A stretch of 64,000 bases of DNA from assembly GCA_043780835.1 (NCBI GenBank), contig JAYWCB010000011.1, forward strand, positions 26,767 through 90,766. The letters are read 5' to 3'. Shown piece after piece: positions 59,277 through 64,000 of the stretch. Numbering within the stretch: position 1 is the first letter of the stretch; each line of letters starts with the position of its first letter. The translations under genes and the position numbers were made by a program. The notes beneath the pieces are model-generated. The model searched no databases, was not told the DNA's origin, and saw nothing but the letters and a program-made list of their open reading frames with translations. Origin of the DNA: Minisyncoccota bacterium. GTDB taxonomy: Bacteria > Patescibacteriota > Minisyncoccia > Phycocordibacterales > UBA2100.

Positions 59277-59810
59277 ATGCTTGGTATTCCAAAAACTCGA
59301 AACGCGCGCATTGTGCTCGCCGTACTGTTGGTGGTAGTACTACTATCGGTCGCCTTATTCTATGTTCGATACCATCCGCGTCGAGGATCGGTATCATTCT
59401 TTCCCGAATACGCACTCGTATTGAAAGACTATGCGGGACACGACGTACAGCTTGCGCAATTTAAGCGTGAGACGGTGGTTGTGCATTCATGGGCTACCTG
59501 GTGCACATATTGCGGCGAGGAACTCACGCATCTCGCGACGTTGAAGAAAAAGTACGGCGATCGCATTACAATTATCGCGCCGAATCGCGCCGAATCGGCG
59601 CAGGTGGCAAAACCGTTTACCGATGCGCTCAATACGGGAACGAGCATCGTGTTTCTCATCGATCCCAACGATATTTTTTATAAAGCGATCGGTGGCTACG
59701 CCATGCCCGAGACACTATTTATAAACGATCGGGGCGAGGTGGTGTATCGCCGGCACGGACCGATGACACTCGACGAAGTCGACGCGCAGCTCGTCGTAAT
59801 AACTAAATAG
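59277..59810 (+). CDS. Membrane-anchored TlpA/ResA-family thioredoxin
   Basis: WATWCTYC..E, MPETLFI...G. Confidence 0.9.
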   Translation: MLGIPKTRNARIVLAVLLVVVLLSVALFYVRYHPRRGSVSFFPEYALVLKDYAGHDVQLAQFKRETVVVHSWATWCTYCGEELTHLATLKKKYGDRITIIAPNRAESAQVAKPFTDALNTGTSIVFLIDPNDIFYKAIGGYAMPETLFINDRGEVVYRRHGPMTLDEVDAQLVVITK

Positions 59811-60186
59811 TACCCGAGGAGCGTCGCGCGGAGTCGTCTTCCTTAAATCGAACAAATTCCTTTTGCAGAGTCTCGAGTTGTTCGTCATCCAAGTCTTCCA
59901 CATCGATGAGTGTATTGCGGGCCGCTTTCTGTGATTTGATCAATTCATCGAGCTTGAGGTGGATCGCGTGCGCATCGCGATTTTGCGTGTTTTGAATGAG
60001 GAAAACCGCCAAGAAGGTGAGCACTGTCGTTGCCGTATTAATGACCAATTGCCATGTATCGGAATAATTAAAAAACGGTCCTGAAACGGCCCATAGTAAT
60101 GTGACGAAGCAGGCAAGTGCGAACGCCCATGGAGCGCCCATTGCTTTGCTCGCCGCCTGTGCAATGGTTCTGAACAAGTCGTGCAT
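59803..60186 (-). CDS. Low-affinity iron permease family (Fet4-like) protein
   Basis: W..SGP.F.YSDTWQLVINT.TT..TFL.VFLIQNTQNRD..AIHLKLDELI. Confidence 0.9.
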   Translation of the reverse strand: MHDLFRTIAQAASKAMGAPWAFALACFVTLLWAVSGPFFNYSDTWQLVINTATTVLTFLAVFLIQNTQNRDAHAIHLKLDELIKSQKAARNTLIDVEDLDDEQLETLQKEFVRFKEDDSARRSSGTI

Positions 60187-60226
60187 ATGCCTAGTATATC
60201 CCACCTCGACTGCTATCATGGCCACC

Positions 60227-60877
60227 ATGACGATTTGGGACGCATATGAAACCTACCGGATTATGCCCAACCTGCGGCTGCATCAATTACGCGTTGCAGC
60301 GCTTGCCCGCACCCTCGCAATTGCAAGACACGCTGCATTCGAGCATGTTACCGTCGCTGCACTGCTGCACGATATGGGCAATATTATGAAAAGCGACTTT
60401 ACGCAATTTCCACCGGATTTTTACGGAGATAAAGATATTTCGTACTGGCACGGCGTCCAGGATGATTGCGCAAAACGATTCGGTAGCGACGAGTACACGG
60501 CTACAGCCGCGATCGCACGCGACATCGGTGTATCGGATGACATCGTGCATCTCATGGGCGCGATGGGGTTTTCTAAGGCAGAGGCGATTTTCAACGACGG
60601 ACCGTTGGAACTGCAGATTCTCGAATATGCAGATCAGCGCGTTGCGCCGTACGGCATTGTTTCGCTGGATGAGCGATTGAAAGAAGGCCATGCACGATAT
60701 CGATCACGCGCTCGGGCTGACTACAGCGACAATGATCGTGAATTCGAAAAAAATAGCGCTCTACTCACACGGCTCGAGCAGACGTTGTTCGAGGGGCTTT
60801 TAATAACACCTCAGATGCTGAGCGAGGCATCGCTCAAAGATACGATCGAGGCGCTTCGCAGCTATGATATTGCGTGA
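60227..60877 (+). CDS. HD-domain protein
   Basis: NL..HQLRVA, ALLHDMGN, YAD.RV.P..IVSL.ER. Confidence 0.85.
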   Translation: MTIWDAYETYRIMPNLRLHQLRVAALARTLAIARHAAFEHVTVAALLHDMGNIMKSDFTQFPPDFYGDKDISYWHGVQDDCAKRFGSDEYTATAAIARDIGVSDDIVHLMGAMGFSKAEAIFNDGPLELQILEYADQRVAPYGIVSLDERLKEGHARYRSRARADYSDNDREFEKNSALLTRLEQTLFEGLLITPQMLSEASLKDTIEALRSYDIA

Positions 60878-60903
60878 TATTATCCGCGACGAAACGAATA
60901 GAA

Positions 60904-60979
60904 GCCGATGTAGCTCAGTTGGTAGAGCACGTCATTGGTAATGACGAGGTCTCCGGTTCAATCCCGGACATCGGCTCCA
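60904..60979 (+). tRNA. tRNA-Thr(GGT), CCA encoded
   Basis: GCCGATG/CATCGGC, CGTCA-TTGGTAA-TGACG, GGTTCAAT. Confidence 0.96.
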
Positions 60980-61030
60980 CTTTTACAGCATCGATGCTAG
61001 TATCGGTCGTGTAAAAGGATTTGTTTTTGC

Positions 61031-61106
61031 GCCGCCTTAGCTCAGTTGGTAGAGCACCGCTTTCGTAAAGCGGGGGTCCCCGGTTCAAATCCGGGAGGCG
61101 GCTCCA
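61031..61106 (+). tRNA. tRNA-Thr(CGT), CCA encoded
   Basis: GCCGCCT/AGGCGGC, CCGCT-TTCGTAA-AGCGG, GGTTCAAAT. Confidence 0.96.
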
Positions 61107-61129
61107 ATAATCAGCCCTATACTGCGCCC

Positions 61130-62026
61130 ATGACAGACAAAGCATCAATTGAGGCGAGAATCAAAGAAATCGAAACCGCAATGGTTGCCGCGGATTTTTG
61201 GTCCAATAAAGATCTCGCGCAGGATACGCTCAAGGAGTATCAGGAGCTCAAAGCAAAACTCGAAGGCAAAGGCGCGTACGATAAAAGCGATGCGCTCGTG
61301 ACTATCGTATCGGGTGCCGGTGGCGATGACGCCGAAGATTTTTCTCGTATTTTGTACGAAATGTATTCGAAATACGTATTGTTCAAGGGATGGAAAGTAC
61401 TGCAGCTCTCGTCAAACGCGAACACGATGGGCGGGTACCGTAGTGTGTCGTTCGAAGTGATGGGAGCGAACGCATACGGCACAATGAAGCACGAAGCGGG
61501 TGTGCATCGCTTGGTACGCATGTCACCGTTCAATTCCGCGGGCAAGCGTCAAACGTCATTTTCTCTCGTCGAAGTGTTGCCAAAGCTTCCGGACGCGGGT
61601 GAATTGCAGATCCCGGACAAAGATCTTGATGTGTCGGTTGCGCGCTCCGGCGGGCCGGGCGGGCAAAATGTGAACAAGCGAGACACCGCAGTTCGCATGA
61701 CGCATATTCCGACCGGTCTCGCGGTACAGGTTACGAGCGAACGAAGCCAAGCTCAGAATCGCGACAAAGCAATCGAATTGCTCCGCGGTAAACTTTTTAA
61801 GCTTCGAGAGGCGGCTCAAACTGCGGAATCGCGCGGTCTCTCGGTTGCTGCAACCACCAAGATCGAGTGGGGAAGCCAAATTCGGTCTTACGTATTGCAT
61901 CCGTATCAACTTGTAAAAGACCATCGTACAGAACACGAACGACGCGATGTGGATAAAGTATTAGAAGGAGATATTCAATCGTTCATAGATGAAGAAAAGA
62001 AACTCAGCGAAAACGCCCGTGCGTAG
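61130..62026 (+). CDS. prfB: Peptide chain release factor 2, short form (298 aa)
   Basis: E.GVHRLVRMSPF (SPF), GGPGGQNVNK, ERSQ.QN, WGSQIRSYVLHPY. Confidence 0.93.
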   Translation: MTDKASIEARIKEIETAMVAADFWSNKDLAQDTLKEYQELKAKLEGKGAYDKSDALVTIVSGAGGDDAEDFSRILYEMYSKYVLFKGWKVLQLSSNANTMGGYRSVSFEVMGANAYGTMKHEAGVHRLVRMSPFNSAGKRQTSFSLVEVLPKLPDAGELQIPDKDLDVSVARSGGPGGQNVNKRDTAVRMTHIPTGLAVQVTSERSQAQNRDKAIELLRGKLFKLREAAQTAESRGLSVAATTKIEWGSQIRSYVLHPYQLVKDHRTEHERRDVDKVLEGDIQSFIDEEKKLSENARA

Positions 62027-62183
62027 CCACGGTTTGGACACTCACCAGGCTCAGGTATAATGATTCAACGTTCGGCGTTTGCGCTGATCTGAGAGTTCTC
62101 TTGAGTTTTTGTACGTTTCCGGCAGGTATACTGCATCGTCCGACATGGCCGCGCGAGTGCGCATTACGGTAATGCAATTTCCC

Positions 62184-62867
62184 ATGATCTATTTCGACAA
62201 AGTGACGAAAATATACGCGGTCGGCACTGCGCCGGCAGTGTCAGAGGTAACGCTCGGTATTGAGCCGGGCGAATTTGTATCCATTGTCGGGCATTCTGGT
62301 GCAGGGAAAACTACGCTGCTCAAAATGCTGTTCGCTGAAGTCTTTCCTACAGAAGGCGCAGTTTATTTCGGTTCAAAACCCATTACGGAGCTTTCCGATA
62401 AAGAACTCTTGCGGATGCGTCGCAACATCGGAACCATTTTTCAAGATTTCAGACTGTTACCCACGAAGAATGTGTACGAAAACATCGCCTTTGCACTCGA
62501 GGTTGCCGGCAAGAGCGACGAAGACATCCAAGCGGACGTGCCGCACGTGCTTGATCTCGTGGGATTGGCAGACAAAATCTGGAGTTTTCCACATCAGCTC
62601 TCGGGCGGTGAACAGCAGCGCATCGCCATTGCACGCGCTATTGTGAATCAGCCCGATGTGCTTATTGCAGACGAACCGACGGGAAATCTGGATCCCATCA
62701 ACGCACATGACGTGGTTGAAATTCTGAAAAAGATCAACGACCTCGGTACCACTGTTTTGCTCACCACGCACAACAAATCCATCGTCGACTCGGTAGGCAG
62801 GCGTGTGGTGACGATGGATCAGGGACGTGTGGTACGGGACGACAAGCAAGGTAAATACGTCATATAA
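62184..62867 (+). CDS. ftsE: Cell division ATP-binding protein FtsE
   Basis: GHSGAGKTT, RRNIG.IFQDFRLL, LSGGEQQR, ADEPTGNLDP; precedes ftsX. Confidence 0.94.
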   Translation: MIYFDKVTKIYAVGTAPAVSEVTLGIEPGEFVSIVGHSGAGKTTLLKMLFAEVFPTEGAVYFGSKPITELSDKELLRMRRNIGTIFQDFRLLPTKNVYENIAFALEVAGKSDEDIQADVPHVLDLVGLADKIWSFPHQLSGGEQQRIAIARAIVNQPDVLIADEPTGNLDPINAHDVVEILKKINDLGTTVLLTTHNKSIVDSVGRRVVTMDQGRVVRDDKQGKYVI

Positions 62868-62896
62868 ATAACAAGCGCAGCGACTATATTTATATG

Positions 62897-63000
62897 ACCC
62901 GACCACATGTCCCAACAAGCGATATAATTAACCAGCAAGAGTCACTATGATACTTCCGATACACAGCATCAAGAACGAACTGCGGGACATGTGTACGGGT
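62897..63000. repeat. Inverted-repeat-bounded intergenic element between ftsE and ftsX
   Basis: ACCCGACCACATGTCCC ... GGGACATGTGTACGGGT (15/17 complementary). Confidence 0.6.
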
Positions 63001-63040
63001 AAGGTTATTACTAATTCGCTTCGCTCTTAAGCAAAACCTT

Positions 63041-63970
63041 ATGGCTCTCTGGCTCAGCATGAAGCGTGTAACGAGGTACGGCATTGCCGGCTTCGTTCGT
63101 AACGGATTTATTTCTCTCGCGGCGATCCTCATCATGACGATCACGCTGTTCGTTGTTGCAGGGCTCATGATGTCGGCGGCGGCATTGAACGCAACACTCT
63201 CGCAGCTCACCAATAAAGTTGACGTGACCGTTTATTTCACGCCGAGCGCGACGCTGGATCAGATAACGACCATTCAGAATTCGCTCAAAACCTTGCCTGA
63301 AGTGGCGTCGGTCAAATACGTGAGTCGTGACGACGCAATCACCGAATTCCGCGATCGTCACAAAAATGACCAACTGACGCTCCAGGCGCTTGAAGAGCTG
63401 GGAGATAACCCGCTCGGGGCATCACTTGAAATCCGGGCAAAAGAGACGTCGCAGTACGAAGCGATCGCTAAATACCTGCAGGATCAGGCAAGCGGGCAAA
63501 CGGGTTCGTCGGCCTTTATCGACAAAGTGAACTTTTTCCAGAATAAAGGCGCAATCGACCGTTTAACCAATATCATCGAAACATCCCAGAAACTCGGTAT
63601 TGCAATCACTATTATTCTTGCGATTTCGTCGGTTCTGATCGCGTTCAATACGATTCGACTCGCCATTTACACCGCGCGCGATGAAATCGGGGTCATGAAC
63701 CTCGTTGGCGCAGGTCATTGGTATGTGCGAGGTCCGTTTATGGTGGCGGGAATCCTCTACGGCATCGTTTCGGCGATTATCGTGCTCATGGTGCTCTATC
63801 CCGTCACGCTCTGGCTTGGTCCGGGTTCCGAGAAATTCCTCGGCTCATTTAATGTGTTTACCTACTATAGCGATTCATTTCCTGTCATGTTCCTCACTCT
63901 CATGGGGGCAGGTATCGGTATCGGGGCGTTATCCAGTTATCTAGCTGTCCGCCGGTACCTCCGGGCGTGA
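63041..63970 (+). CDS. ftsX: Cell division permease FtsX
   Basis: F.RN...S.A, V.YVS...A, NPL.AS, NTIRLAIY..R.EI.VM.LVGA...YVRGPF. Confidence 0.94.
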   Translation: MALWLSMKRVTRYGIAGFVRNGFISLAAILIMTITLFVVAGLMMSAAALNATLSQLTNKVDVTVYFTPSATLDQITTIQNSLKTLPEVASVKYVSRDDAITEFRDRHKNDQLTLQALEELGDNPLGASLEIRAKETSQYEAIAKYLQDQASGQTGSSAFIDKVNFFQNKGAIDRLTNIIETSQKLGIAITIILAISSVLIAFNTIRLAIYTARDEIGVMNLVGAGHWYVRGPFMVAGILYGIVSAIIVLMVLYPVTLWLGPGSEKFLGSFNVFTYYSDSFPVMFLTLMGAGIGIGALSSYLAVRRYLRA

Positions 63971-64000
63971 TAGTGTAATCCTATATATGCAGCGTGCGCA

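Noticed and set aside
63988-64000. ATG of a possible next gene after ftsX
   Set aside because: Only four codons fall inside the window

Overview
Bacterial chromosomal window (genetic code 11), most likely from a Patescibacteria/CPR (Parcubacteria-like) genome. The taxonomy is inferred from a shortened RF2, -10 boxes directly before start codons, A/S/T-rich surface proteins and a CCCGTTAGAAAT-type palindromic element. Housekeeping genes flank the window: ligA-gatC-gatA at the left; two tRNA-Thr, prfB and ftsE-ftsX at the right. A small variable region between convergent tRNA-Met and tRNA-Asp (5.2-8.1 kb) holds single accessory genes separated by copies of a structured repeat whose ends are copied from the neighbouring tRNA's T-arm. 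Most of the window (about 8.7-59.8 kb) is one cell-surface locus: signal peptidase I, Hsp20, a 5,874-aa giant protein, a MacB/LolD-type ABC pair, four cohesin-like proteins, three dockerin-bearing proteins, four DUF916/WxL-interacting-like membrane proteins, WxL/pilin-like subunits, a tail-fibre-like 1,614-aa protein with an upstream membrane-tethered HTH regulator, an FGE/C-lectin-fold protein and a TlpA thioredoxin. Domain sharing visible by eye suggests two parallel fibre-like modules (tip, subunit, chaperone, dockerin anchor) docked on membrane cohesins; this is the best candidate for an undescribed system. Two palindromic insertions that duplicate a gene's start codon are also present. 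All family assignments come from motif recognition, without database searches.
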